Positions 48,626-61,007 of a DNA stretch of 64,000 nt are shown one piece after another. Made by a program: the position numbers and the translations under genes. The DNA lies in NCBI RefSeq assembly GCF_018350175.1, contig NC_058373.1, positions 128,092,001-128,156,000 on the forward strand. The letters are read 5' to 3'. The notes beneath the pieces were generated by a model. It did not search any database, was not told the DNA's origin, and saw nothing but the letters and a program-made list of their open reading frames with translations. This DNA comes from Felis catus (Eukaryota). Each line of letters starts with the position of its first letter. The stretch's first letter is position 1.

Positions 48626-51600
48626 AAAGGAAAATAAGAATTCAGCAGAGACCCAGTCGAAGCAGGGAATGAACTACAGAACCTGGAGGGATGAAAGTCT
48701 AAGTTCCCCACTGGATTTTGCTGGTGGGGGCTGGGGTGGAGGCTGGGATGGGGGTTGGGGCTGCAACTTTTTTTTTTTCCTGTGGTTTTTGACTGGAGTA
48801 GAGAAGTTTTTGTCTAAAACCTCCTGTCTTGCTAGGCTGCCCCTTTCCTAGTCTTTTGGCTAGAAAGAGTAGACGTTGCCGCAAAAGAAATGACATGCTG
48901 GAGAATTTTCTGTCCACACCTGCCATGCTTTGGGATGTTGGCTCTTTCAGACCAAATTGGGAGATATGGAGGCCAAAAGAAAACCTTAACTCACAAAATT
49001 GTTATCTGTCACTCTGCATGTTGGCCAGTTATGTTTCTAACTGAGAAGCGTTTTTGTCTTTCCGAATGATAGGAGTTTAGGTGGCATTCGACAAGGTGTT
49101 TAAGTTGTTCAAAAGACTGTGCTGATTGGAAGCTCTGTCTTCTAGGACTGACCACAGAGGCTCTTTCCCTGTTATCACCAATGATGGGCCCCCTTGTCAT
49201 TTTTTTTCAGCTGCTCATCCCACATTTCTGATGACCCATACAATTTTCATCTTAGGTTAATTTGAAAGTCATGATTCTAAATTACCAAGCCATCTTAGAG
49301 TTGGAGTACATGATTAAGCTGTCTATGGCCAGACTATCTCTTGTGTTTCATTTCACAGTGTAGGGGCTGAAAGTCAAGTGTTTCCAAATCCTCATGAAGT
49401 ATGTCATTATGGATTTGCAAGTCATGGGCTGTACTGTTTCTCCAATAGACTTATTTGAGGCATGTATTAATGTTAGAATGTGAAACTAGACAGTGTCCGA
49501 GAGCCCATAGTTTATGGGGACACTGTCAAATCTGCAACTTTGGGACTGAGATCCTCCAATTAGCTGCTTCCCTGTCACCGTAATGATAGAAACACACATC
49601 ATTTAGAAAACCACAGTCCTTATCAATCTACATCTCAACATCTACAACGTTCCTTCCCATTTTCTGGAGTCTGTTAAATGCACTTTTTTTTTTCACACTC
49701 ACCACATTCGCAACTTCAGAGGGTGATTATGTCTAGCTGCTTTGCTTAACACTGTGGGCCAAATTCTTAATAAGAAAATCTGTCACGTCTTGATAAATCA
49801 TCTTCTTCTACCACACTGGGTTTCATAGAGCAGCTGGACGACACTTTCACAGCTGCTACTTCCCATTGCTGAATTCACTGTTGAATGAAATGATTCCTAT
49901 GGGTAGTATCCTTTGGGTATCTTTCGGGAGGAAAATACCTTCATTATCCTTACCATTAAAGCAATTCCATGTGGAAACTGAGTGAAATTCACAGAAAACA
50001 CAGCTGGCTTGAGAGCATCAGTAATACTATTTTTATTAGCAGATATTTTTTTTCTGATTATGCACATATTGCAGTGAATTGTTTCCAAATTTGGCAAACC
50101 TCACAAAAATCTGTTTCGTCGTAAACCTATCTGTTTTGAAGGAAGTGAAAGATGTTGTTGCCTTCCGTGTTAAACCTTATTTCTTTTTCTTTTTCTCTAT
50201 TCAGGTCAAGTTGATCCAGGCTGATAGAGTGAATACGGTAAAGGGAAAGCATTGACTGGGGCCTGGAGTGGCTCATTTTCATCCCCGGAGTCTCCCTGGG
50301 TTCCCGGTCTGTTTCTGAGTTGTTTGATTACTGATGAAACCCTTTACAAATGCTAAGTTTCCCTTGGGTACTGATGCCATTGAGTCAAATACAGTAATAG
50401 AATTTTTAAGTGTGGTTTTCTATGAGTTTTTACTTTAATTGGTAACACCCAAATAGGTTGTTTTGAAAAATGAAAATTTCATACAATTTTAAAGCTATTG
50501 CATTTCTACGGCCATGCCGATATGTTTTCACAGCATTGCTTGGAGCATGTCCATTTTGTCATGCGTTGGAGAGTAATTACACTAACGAGGTACACGGCTA
50601 CTCCATTCAGGTGTAGGTTATTGAACTGTCTGTGCTGAGAGGCTGTTTTTGGACAGCCACTCTCTTTCCTTTTTAGTTATCAACACTTTGATTAGATGAC
50701 AACTTCGTGTTATTATTATTTTACACCAACATAGTAAATAACATACACTTATTTCTGATCAAGTATACTGATGAACAGAGAAGGGTGTTGTAAAGATAGA
50801 ATCATGACTTAACCACTGATTCAAATCAAATGCCATCATTCTGTTGCTCAAAGGCCTTCTCTTAACTTACTTGAAGAAAAGAACCAATTATCAAAGTTCT
50901 GAAACCCTGTAACCTAAAAAAACATCTACAACCCCAATAATTGTTCTCGGAAAATAGAAAGTTCATATGTAGACTTTGTAGGCATATAACTGCATCCAAA
51001 GCGATGGGCCAGGTACACTCTGCATAGCCATTAGCAAGTTACTTGACTTGGGGATGTTCATGAGATTTCATTAAGCTGAAGTGTATATGTGCCTAGCACA
51101 GTTTGTAGCAAAAACTGTGTATTCAAAATGGTTATTTTTCACTGTGTTCCTCACAATTTAGGACCAAAATAAGCAGAAATAACCCTAACAAATGTTCTCT
51201 GAAAGCTGTCAAGTATATCAGTCACTAGAGGTATGAGAAACATTTGCAAACAGCATCATCCATGAAAAACAGACAGCTTCTCTCTTTGCTCTGGGTCATT
51301 GTAATACAGACAATGCCTTTTCAATATTAATATGTGGGGCAGAAGGTCCTGTGGCCTTGTGGGTAATACAGACAGGCAGGAATCACAGCAGGAATTGCCA
51401 AAATGTCAACTTGTTTCAGAAGTGCTAGATTAACCATACTTCAGGTAAATTTCATCATTTTGACCCAAAACTATGTAGAAAAGTTTTGGGGAGGAGGACG
51501 GGTAAGGGAGGTGGATGTTTGTTTGTTTTTAGATAGAAAGAACTGAGTTAATATTCTAAATTCAGGACTAAAGGAATGACATTTTATATGTGTGCATATG

Positions 51601-52531
51601 TAGTTCCTTGGTGGTCTCCACTCTTGGGCAAAAAAAACGTATTTTTGTAAGCCAAGATAATCTGAAACAGATTATAGGGAAATCCATCAGAAAAATAAAT
51701 ACAGAGTGTCTAGTATGACGTGGGGATGTCCATTAATGTAGCTGTACTGCAAATATGGTGAAAGAATTGTTTGTTTTCTTGTAATTTTGCACAGTTGTGT
51801 TTTTGTCTAGCTTGATCAATGCTAGTCTTGTATCACAGATCTCTCTTTCTTTGCCTTCCTTGTGAGTCACTGACCATATGGCTCCAGCTCCCAGTCTAGC
51901 TGCTGAGGAGGAAGAAAAAAAAATAGTCTTGATAAACATGCAGACCATTTTGAGTATGAGGTTGACATAGCTGATCCCTCCAGCACAGTCTCAAGAGAAC
52001 GAGCACATTGAATCTCTTTCATTAAAGGCCAAGTGGACCCTGTCCTTATCTGTGTACTGAGTTCATCTGCAGGGTCCTTCAAAACCAAATTCAAATAGGC
52101 TACTATTTTATTTACATTGCATATATAAGTGCAGCTATGAGTTTTTATGTTGGAAGAAGACATTTGTGTGTCCGGGCTCTCTGTGCCTTTATGCTTAGCT
52201 CTGTCCAATAACTTTCCTGGACCTTAAACATTTTTGTAAATATTTGTGTAACTCCTCTTTTTCTGATGATTTTGCAAGGCAAATTGCAAATATTGCATTA
52301 CTTATTCTATCAGGAATGTTGACTTACTTTATACCAATATCATCCTATCCCAGTGGTTCTATTTTGTATCTAAATGTTGGAATGAGCATTAAAAATTAAA
52401 AGGTCATTATAAGTAATGGGTAGCATATAACATTCGTACTATGGAAACTACTGTTTCCAGAAACATGAGGTTTCTTCTCAAGCCTTTACTGTTGTTTGTA
52501 ATTTAGTAAATTTAAGAATGTATTATAATTT

Positions 52532-52748
52532 GGGGCACCTGGGTGGCTCAGGCAGTTAAGCGTCTGACTTCAGCTCAGGTCATGATCTCATGGTTTGTGG
52601 GTTCAAGCCCAGGGTCGGGCTCTGCGCTGACAGCTCAGAACCTGGAGCCTGTTTCGGATTCTCCCTCCCTCTCTCTCTCTGCCCCTCCCCTGTTCATGCT
52701 CTGTCTCTCTGTGTCTCAAAAATAAATAAAACATTAAAAAAATTTAAA
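52532..52748 (+). mobile_element. Feline CanSINE
   Basis: TSD aagaat(g/a)tattataatt. Confidence 0.96.
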
Positions 52749-53039
52749 AAGAATATATTATAATTATTTTATGAGTACAAATATAAAAATTGGCCAAATG
52801 GGAGGTCAATCTTTGTTCAGGAAAACTAGTTTTTGAACTGTCTGATGAGAAAATTTTTCTTTAAATGATGCTTTTCTATCTTTTCCTGAACTTCCCTGAA
52901 CTTTGAAATGACTAAGAAAGAACAGTCACATTTTAAAGACAAAAGAAGTTTTGCAGCTGCTCTGTGAATTCAAATTTTCCTCTCTATATTTTTTTGCTAT
53001 CAGATAAGACCTTCTTCTATAGTGAAATTTCCTTAGTGC

Positions 53040-53438
53040 AGTTGATTTGTTCAGTTTCTCTGGGTAAATTTCCCCACGCAAAGGTAACATTTTGATTATC
53101 TTTGTATAATAAAATCTATCAAGATTTTCAGTTGGCTCTTTGCTTTGTGTCACATTCAGGGAGTCCCACACTCCTAGGTTATAAAATAAGGCACTCATGT
53201 TTTCTTCCAGCATTTGTTTTTGGTTTGGTTTAATTTTAAGTGCCCAGTACAATTGGAATTTATTCCGATATATTGTATGAAATTTGAAACCAGCTGCATG
53301 ATTTTCCAAGCCAATCACATTGCTACAATACCATTTATTTTTTAAATCCCTTAACCCTCCTACCTTGAGATTCCATCTTTAGTATATATTAAGCTGTCAT
53401 ATATCCTTGACTCTATTTCAGGACTTTCCGTCTTGTAC
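53040..53438 (-). mobile_element. Old L1 ORF2 fragment
   Basis: ORF 52926-53318 contains QMLEENMSALFYNLGVWDSLNVTQSKEPTENLDRFYYTKI, resembling the L1 ORF2p LEEN..LG...K...IDK.D.IK segment. Confidence 0.75.
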
Positions 53439-54156
53439 TGCATGGAAGGTAAAATGTCCCTTCCCCCTCCAATAGTCTCTGGCTGAGACTGAGAGGGCTG
53501 ATTGATGGGAAAAAAACATACAAATTTTATTTACATGTACGTGGGAGCCCTCACAAGAAAACATTAAGACCCACATGCACCGGGTGGCTCAGTTGGTTAA
53601 GCATCCGACTTTGGCTCAGGTCATGCTCTTATGGTTCTTTAGCTGGAGCCCAGCCTTGGGCTCTGTGCTCACAGCTCAGAGCCTAGACCCCGCTTCAGAT
53701 TCTGTGTCTCCCTCTCTCTCTGCCCCTCCTCCACTTTCACTCTGTCTCTCTCTGTCTCTGTCTCTCTCTCTCTCTCTATCAAAAATAAACATTAAAAAAA
53801 AAGAAAAAAGAAAAAAAGAAAAATGAAGACCCAGAAAAGTGACTAGGCCTAAGTGATTATTTACTAGCTTGAACAAAGAGGAGAAATTATGGAAAAGTAA
53901 TTAAACTATAGGGAGGAGACTAGCAGAAACTAAGAGTTATTTTAGCAAGTTTTGTTTGCAATGACATTCTCAGCCTGGACTGGCCATCTCTGGTGCTGAG
54001 AATGGTTGGTTCTTCTTCCTGGTAAGAGAGTCACCTTTCACATGAGAATTTTCTCTCCTTTGGAGTATCTATCTGCAATGTTTCATGTGCCTCTGAGTCA
54101 ACATAATCAATAAGACAAAGTGGCATATTTTGGGATGCATATGCTAAATTCCTTCA
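53439..54156 (-). mobile_element. MER34-like ERV1 solo LTR interrupted by a CanSINE
   Basis: Minus strand starts tgaaggaatttagcatatgcatcccaaaatatgccactttg and ends aataaaatttgtatg...ttttaccttccatgca (TG...CA termini). Confidence 0.8.
53574..53823 (+). mobile_element. Feline CanSINE inside the MER34-like LTR
   Basis: gcaccgggtggctcagttggttaagc head; TSD aagaccca. Confidence 0.94.
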
Positions 54157-54576
54157 ATATCATTCATCTGTTTGTGCCCCAGGAAAACTCCAGTGAACCT
54201 GGCAGTCCCGGGAATCTCACTGCTACCGTCAAAAAAATTTGTAGTCAACATAAGTATATAAATAAATAATATATTGGAACTTTCATGAACACTAGAATTA
54301 TATAAAGACATAATCTGTGTAATATTCTACGTCCTTGGAATTACATATACAAGTCATAAAGCATAAATATGAATATTTATGCCTCAATGCTCAAGAATAT
54401 CCTATTTGGTTTACTTTATAACCAATAAAATACTGTCTACAAGTTTGTTGGCTTGCATTGAATAGTCTTCCAAAATTTGGTCATTGGGGAAATATACATG
54501 ATTTGTATACATCCTATTACACCTGTATATACCTAATTAATAAATATCTTATAATGTCTTTCTTTTAGATCATACA

Positions 54577-54791
54577 TTTTTATTTTATTTATTTACTTTT
54601 TTAAAGCTTATTTATCTATTTTGAAAGAAAGAGAGAGTGAATGGGGGATGGGCAGAAAGAGGGAGAGAGAGAATCCCAACAAGCTCAGCATTGTCAGGGC
54701 AGAGCCTGATGTGGGGTTGAACTCACAAACCAGGAGATCATAACCTAAGTTGAAGTTGGACACTTAACTGACTGAGGCACCCAGGCACCCC
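54577..54791 (-). mobile_element. CanSINE
   Basis: Ends cttaactgactgaggcacccaggcacccc. Confidence 0.93.
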
Positions 54792-54959
54792 AATATAATA
54801 TATTTAAATTTTAAATTGCTATTATTCATATATTTACAGAAGACTGCATGTGTGCACTAAAATTTGTGGAATAATTTCTAAAATCCCAATCTAATTTTTT
54901 GCATGAATGGCTTGCAGAATCTGTGTTATTGCCCCCATATTTCCATTTCATTTGGTAAA

Positions 54960-55085
54960 ATGTATATGTGCATGTGCATATGCATACATATATATCCATA
55001 TGTGTGCAGCATATGCATACATATATATCCATTATGTGCATTTATATATAACATATACAATATCTAAAATGTACATGTATATGAC
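54960..55085. repeat. Alternating TA/CA/TG low-complexity tract
   Basis: Includes catatgcatacatatatatccat twice. Confidence 0.88.
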
Positions 55086-56074
55086 ATAGTTTTTCATTAT
55101 AATAATTCCAAAATGACTATCGAGAGGATCCGTATGAGTCACCATTCCAGCTCTTATTTCTATGTCTGTCCTGACTTCCCTTGCTTGACTCAGTTGCAGG
55201 TTATAGGAATTAAGGGATTTCAGGTCTCCCTCCTTAACCCCTCACAAATGCACCCATACACACACAGGGTACCCTCTGCATCAGGCCCTGAGCTGTTAAA
55301 AATAAAACCTATTATACTTTGGGAATACTTCATGTTTTGGACGGAGTCTGCCCTCTGAGATCTAATGCTCTGTGAGTTTCTTGTCACGTCTTTCTATATA
55401 GAACTTTACCGTGGCACCAGGGTTAATTTCTTGTGAGCCAGCTGGCAGAAACTGGCATGGTGATATATGTTTAGTTTGTAATGTTTTTGTACTGTATTTA
55501 GGCTTTTACCCCTTGATTTAAAAGTCTGAATGGGCTTGGGTGGGGCATAATCTATCCCCTTATCTTCTGCAAGATTTCTTCACATCATTAGTGAAATGTT
55601 CTGTCCTAAGTCATCTGCATGTTTTTCAACTTCTGCTAAAGCTTCCTGTCCAAATTCCTGGTTTTCACGTTTTTCCCTTACAAGAATCTGGCCAACCAGG
55701 ACATCTGTCTTCACGCACTAAATGCCCAAACGTACGTAAGTGGCACTTTCCTTTTAAGCTGGATTCTGCTGTAGCATGTCTTGCATTGACTCAGAATTAT
55801 AATTCTGAGCACAACTGGGCCAAGATCTTTAAAAGCCTTTCTGCCACCGTTCCACCATTCTGTGAACCAATGCCCTCAGTTTTGCCTTCAGCAGCTCCCG
55901 AGGTCTTGTTGATGTAAACACCAGCTTGTATGCCCTTGGTCATTAGCACTGTTTGCTTGGGGCCATGGTCTTCTCTGCTGTACTTGCTAAGCCTCAGCGA
56001 TCTTGGATTGGCCATATTACCCAGACAAGCAACTCCTAGCACTTGTTACTTTTAGACCAGCATGTTGGAACAGA

Positions 56075-56260
56075 CGTAATTGGGTTTAGAGTGAGAATCA
56101 TGTAAATCGAGAATTTCTCCTTATTTTGCTGATAAAGTAGATTATTTAAGTTAATTCTGCCTTAGTTTCCTCATCTGTTAACAAGGCTAATACCCATATT
56201 TTAAGATTTTTTTCTCTTTCCACTGAGAGGTAAATGATACTGAGAATATACAATGATATG
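56075..56260 (+). mobile_element. MIR
   Basis: Core ctgccttagtttcctcatctgttaacaaggctaataccc. Confidence 0.7.
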
Positions 56261-56269
56261 AAAAGAACA

Positions 56270-56480
56270 ACCATTTATATTGTATATTGTACTCCAGTTG
56301 TTTTGCATACATTATCTATAGTCTTTACAACAGTGAAAGCCATTTTTCATCACATTTTTTTTTTTTGCAGATGAAACTCCAAAAATGTAACTGACTAGGC
56401 CACCATGGGTATGGAATTCCAGAGTTAGTATTTAAACTAAAATACTTGGTCCCATGACCCATGAATCCTGCATCATTCCA
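56270..56480 (-). mobile_element. MIR
   Basis: ttttgcatacattatct...tttgcagatgaaactc...tgactaggccacca. Confidence 0.55.
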
Positions 56481-58059
56481 TTTTGTCTTCATAAATCCTT
56501 ACCTGGTACGTATAACATGTTTAATTAATCTAATTTTTATTACTTTTTTAAAAATAATATAGATAGTATAGTCAAAGAAGAAATACAATAAAATCAAGTA
56601 AAGCCAAGAATCTTAACATATTCATAATTACTTTTCACAAATATTCAACATAATGTTTCCATGTAGTTGGTGTTCAACAAGTATTCACTGTCTTGCTAAT
56701 AAATTACTACATTCAACTTTGATTGGAAAATGATAGCTATAATGTCACTGTGTGATTTTTATATGCGTAAATCTAGGAGAATGTTTGAGCAAAAAAAATC
56801 TTAGATAATATAAAGTCATTATATCTTAGATTCATTTAATCTGTGGATTGCCTTAAAGTTATTATAAGAGATAATTAGCCATAGAACCAAAATTGAATTC
56901 AAGATCAACAATGTCAGTAAGTTGAAATCCAAAATAAGTGTAAAATTCATATAAAATTCGTATCAGTCATGGTTTGAGTTATTGCTTTTTATTAACTTTT
57001 ACTTTTCTTCAAATAAATCTAATAGTTCACTTGATTGGATGTTAGGGATATTGTGTAGGGTGCAGAGAGTGAGTGGGAGCTAATGTTCATGTTCATTTAA
57101 TAACATCCCCATTCATTTGGGAAGAAAATGGCCTCACACATGATTCTGCTTCTATGATAAATGGCTATCACAATAATGGCTGCCAATGAGCCAGAATTCC
57201 ACCACAGCCAATGTCTGTGTCCACACTGGGTTGCAGAGCCAATGAGTGTTGGGAGCAGTCAGAAAATGACTTCAGGGACAGGCCAGTTCTATTACAGAAG
57301 TTATTTCTTTACCAAATGCAATTCATTAACAACTGGCTGGAGATGATGACTGCTGCTATCATAGAGGGGAATATGCATCCAAATAATGACACATAGATAG
57401 CATCCCTCATATTAATGCAATTGTGACTCTTTGTTCAGTTACTATAGAGGTAAAATCTCTTGATGATATGAGACACATGTAAATATTTTTGAAAATGGCA
57501 CCAATTCTCAAAGACATAAAGCCCCTAGTGTGTTTTTGTACAATTTTGACAGTTAGTCAAAACATGATGGTGGCGTTACATAAAGCCAATATATCTATCT
57601 GTTTCTATTTCTTTAAGAAATGCATATGGTATTATTTATGTGCACACTTTGTAAAGATATTTGCATTGCGTAGAAAAGCAACAACAATTGTGTCCTTTGT
57701 TTGATTAGCCTGATTAAATAGAAGAATCTTTCAGCCAGTCAGTTAGATAGAATGTGTTGATTAATAGAATTTTAATGAGTATAAGCTTTGTGAAAAAATA
57801 GCACTCAGAAGAGGAAAAAGGCAGATAAAATATTTTTCATTTATATAGCCTTCTTTGACCATAAAAGAAATCTTGTGGTCCATAAATCCATCTACAAATA
57901 TTTAGACAGTACCAATGATGCTCAAGGCAGTGTTCTAGTTGCTGCAAGGAATACAAATAATTGTATTCTGTGTTACTTTACATGATGTGGTCACTGAACT
58001 TAGCAGAATATAATATAGTTTGTACAGTTAGGTAGTAGGTGATATTGGGGAAGGGGCGA

Positions 58060-58270
58060 CTGACATTTTGAACAGTTTCTGCATGCTAAGCACTGTAGGA
58101 ACTATATTTCTTCCTCACTCTAAATCTTGCCAATAGACATCATCTGTGGATTTTGAGATGCAGCAACTCAGACATAGCAAATGTAAATTCTTTGTCTACG
58201 TCTGCATAACTAGTCATTGATGGAAACAGTACTTAATTTCAGATCGTTCTTAACTTAAAGCCCATACTGT
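58060..58270 (-). mobile_element. MIR
   Basis: ttctgcatgctaagcactgt...ttttgagatgcagcaactcagacatag...cttaacttaaagccca. Confidence 0.5.
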
Positions 58271-59711
58271 TAACGGTGGTAGACAATTGTACACCATGGT
58301 AGCCTTTACTATTCTGTGGTTGGAAAACACAAGGGACGGAAGTGACAGAAGAGGAAATGAGAGTGGACCGTGATATTTTATGTTAAGAAAGAGGAAACAC
58401 TAAGAACGTGTATTTTTCATGGCTAAAATGGAGTCCCGGTGAATTATAATATTCACCAAAGTATTCACTGGTCTCAATTCTTTGCCTCTCTCCTTAGAGG
58501 AAATTCCAGTTATAATCTCTGAGGTAGGTCTGCTTAATATTTCTTATCTACACTTGGAAACATCAGCTTGTTTTGTAAAATCTTAGAGTTAATAGGGCCC
58601 CCAACCAAGTGTATATATTGAAGGTACAGTGTTTGTACCAAGGTCACACAGCTATTTGCGGCAAGTTTATAAAAACAACCTGTTTTTTCTTGTGTCAGAG
58701 AAATGATACTGTCCTGAATAAAATTTCCTATGAACTGAAGACCTAACTAACTTTGTAACACCTATGTAATAATTTTCTGAATGAACTTAATGAGTTAAAC
58801 TATTAACTCTTAGATTCTACAAACTGCATAAAGATAATACAAAGACTCTAAAAAGCAACTATTATTATAAATATAGACTTCAAGTTAGGATAGTACTCAC
58901 CAAGTTAAATGAATTAGAAAAGAGATAAAAGGAATATAATTACCCATAATCCCTCCCCTTTTCTTCATACAATTGCTTTCATCATTATGCTATAAAATTT
59001 AATAATGTGTTTTAATTTTTATAGAACTAGAACAGACCAATATTCTGTCATATTTATGAACCATAAGGTGCTTAGCCTACACTATAATTTTTTCCAGTTT
59101 TTTTCTATTATAAGTAATGCTGTTAGAAATATATCCATGCATAAATCTCTCACTCCATCATAGCCTCAAATATTTGATCATTTTGTAAAGATGTTTCAGG
59201 AAAGTGTTTACCTAAGTAATTTTTCCATGGATTTATAAAGATCTGGAAAATTATTAGGGATGCCTATCATACCATCACTAAGAAATAAGAAATCCTTTGT
59301 GTTAGAAGCACTGTTGTTCTAATAAAGAGTATCTGGATAATTACAAGTGATATTAAGAGGCCTTTGGTTTGTTTTAATTCGTTCTCTATAAAGTTTTACT
59401 AGTGTAGCAAGTCCATTTTCCAATTTCATGCTTTTCATTCCTTATTAAATAAATTCAACTTCTATAATTAGTGACTTTCATCTAAAGAACTGGCATTACT
59501 TCATATTTTTTGCTTGTATTGTTATGTTTGGTATAAGGCTGAATGCATAATTCATGTAAGCACAGGACCAAGACCAAATATGGCCTAAGTACTCACTAAG
59601 AGAGGCACCTATTTGAACTGGGTGCGAGGCTGGCTGATATGAGCAATTCTCAGTTTATGAAACTGAGTAGTTTATGAAACCAGCAGACAGATCTGGGTTC
59701 TATCACCCCCC

Positions 59712-59714
<3 letters not shown>

Positions 59715-59754
<40 letters not shown>

Positions 59755-59768
59755 CACACACGCACACA
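59715..59768. repeat. (CA)n microsatellite with CG interruptions
   Basis: Read directly from the sequence. Confidence 0.96.
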
Positions 59769-59985
59769 GGCACGTCTGACTTCAGCTCAGATCATGATCT
59801 TGCCGTCTGTGAATTCCAGCCCCACATCAGACTCTGTGCTGACAGCTCAGAGCCTGGATCTTGCTTCAGATAATGTGTCTCCCTTTCTGTCTATGCCTCT
59901 TCCCCATTCGTGCTCTCTCTCTCTCTGTCTCTCTCTCTGTCTCAAAAATGAATAAACATTAAAAAAAGAAAAGAAAAGAAAAGAA
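59769..59985 (+). mobile_element. CanSINE lacking its A-box region
   Basis: ggcac joined directly to gtctgacttcagctcag; normal body and (AAAAG)n tail. Confidence 0.9.
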
Positions 59986-59986
59986 T

Positions 59987-60765
59987 GGAGAAATACTGGA
60001 AGAAAATAAATCAGGCAATGAGATGGAGAAAGAGGGAGGGACATTGTTTGAGATGTTGCAGTTAAGAAATCCCTTACAGGAGGTGCCTGGATGGCTCAAG
60101 TCGGTTAAGTGTTGGACTTTGGCTCGGGACATGATCTCACAATTCCTGAATTCGAGCCCCGGGCGGCTCTGTGTTGACAGCTCGGAACCCGGAGCCTGTC
60201 TTCAGATTCTGTGTCTCCTTCTCTCTCAGCCTCTCCCTTGCTCGCACTGTCTCTCTTTCTCTCAAAAATAAATAAAAACATTTAAAAAATTATAAAAAAA
60301 AATTAAAAAAAGAAATCCCTTACAAAGCTGGGGACATTTAAGATACATTTAAGTTCCAGTGAAAGAAATAAGCCAACCATCTGACGAGCCTCTAATATAG
60401 CATGAACAGCAGGCTCAATGTCCCAAATTTGGAAATATCTTGGGACATTTGAAGGACAGAGAGAAAGCCGGTGAGACGGATAGGATGTGTGGTAGAATAT
60501 GATCCCAGAGAGTTAAGCGGGTACCAGATCACTTTCAAAACGTGTAAGGTATTTACATTTGATTCTAAATTAGGGGCCACTGAATGATAGTGAACAGGGG
60601 AGTTGCATGTCCTGATACATGTTTTAACAATATCATGTACTGTTGTTTGGAGAATCAAATGTAGGAAGCAAGACAGAAAGAAAGCAGAACATACAGGAAG
60701 CTCTTTACCAGGGTCTAGGGAAGAGGTACGCACATCTTGACCTGAGGTGGGAGTAGTGGAGACAG
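59987..60765 (-). mobile_element. L2 fragment split by a CanSINE
   Basis: ggggccactgaatgatagtgaacaggggagttgcatg...ttttaacaatatca...tgtaggaagcaaga; minus-strand translation resembles the L2 RT C-terminus. Confidence 0.75.
60079..60309 (+). mobile_element. Feline CanSINE
   Basis: Perfect TSD aagaaatcccttaca (60064-60078, 60310-60324). Confidence 0.95.
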
Positions 60766-60812
60766 TACAGTTAATCAGGGTCGGGTTCTTCTTTGGACAC
60801 GACCCTTTCTGG

Positions 60813-61007
60813 CTGTGGTGTGCTGATAACCCGACTCTGTAACCAAGCAAACAGACCTTGCTGTGTGATGGTACCGATTTTTGTGCTGGAAATGTTCCTA
60901 CTATGGACGTATTCAAGCTATCATGGTATCTCTGGAGACGTAGCTGGGAAGAGATATGGGGAAGCAGCTCTCGTGAGCCATGATGAACTGGATTCAGCAC
61001 ACCCCTA
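60813..61007 (-). mobile_element. MER63A-like hAT-Blackjack MITE
   Basis: TIRs ctgtggtgtgctga / tcagcacaccccta; internal ttcaagcta and gggaagagat...gctctcgtgagcc. Confidence 0.8.
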
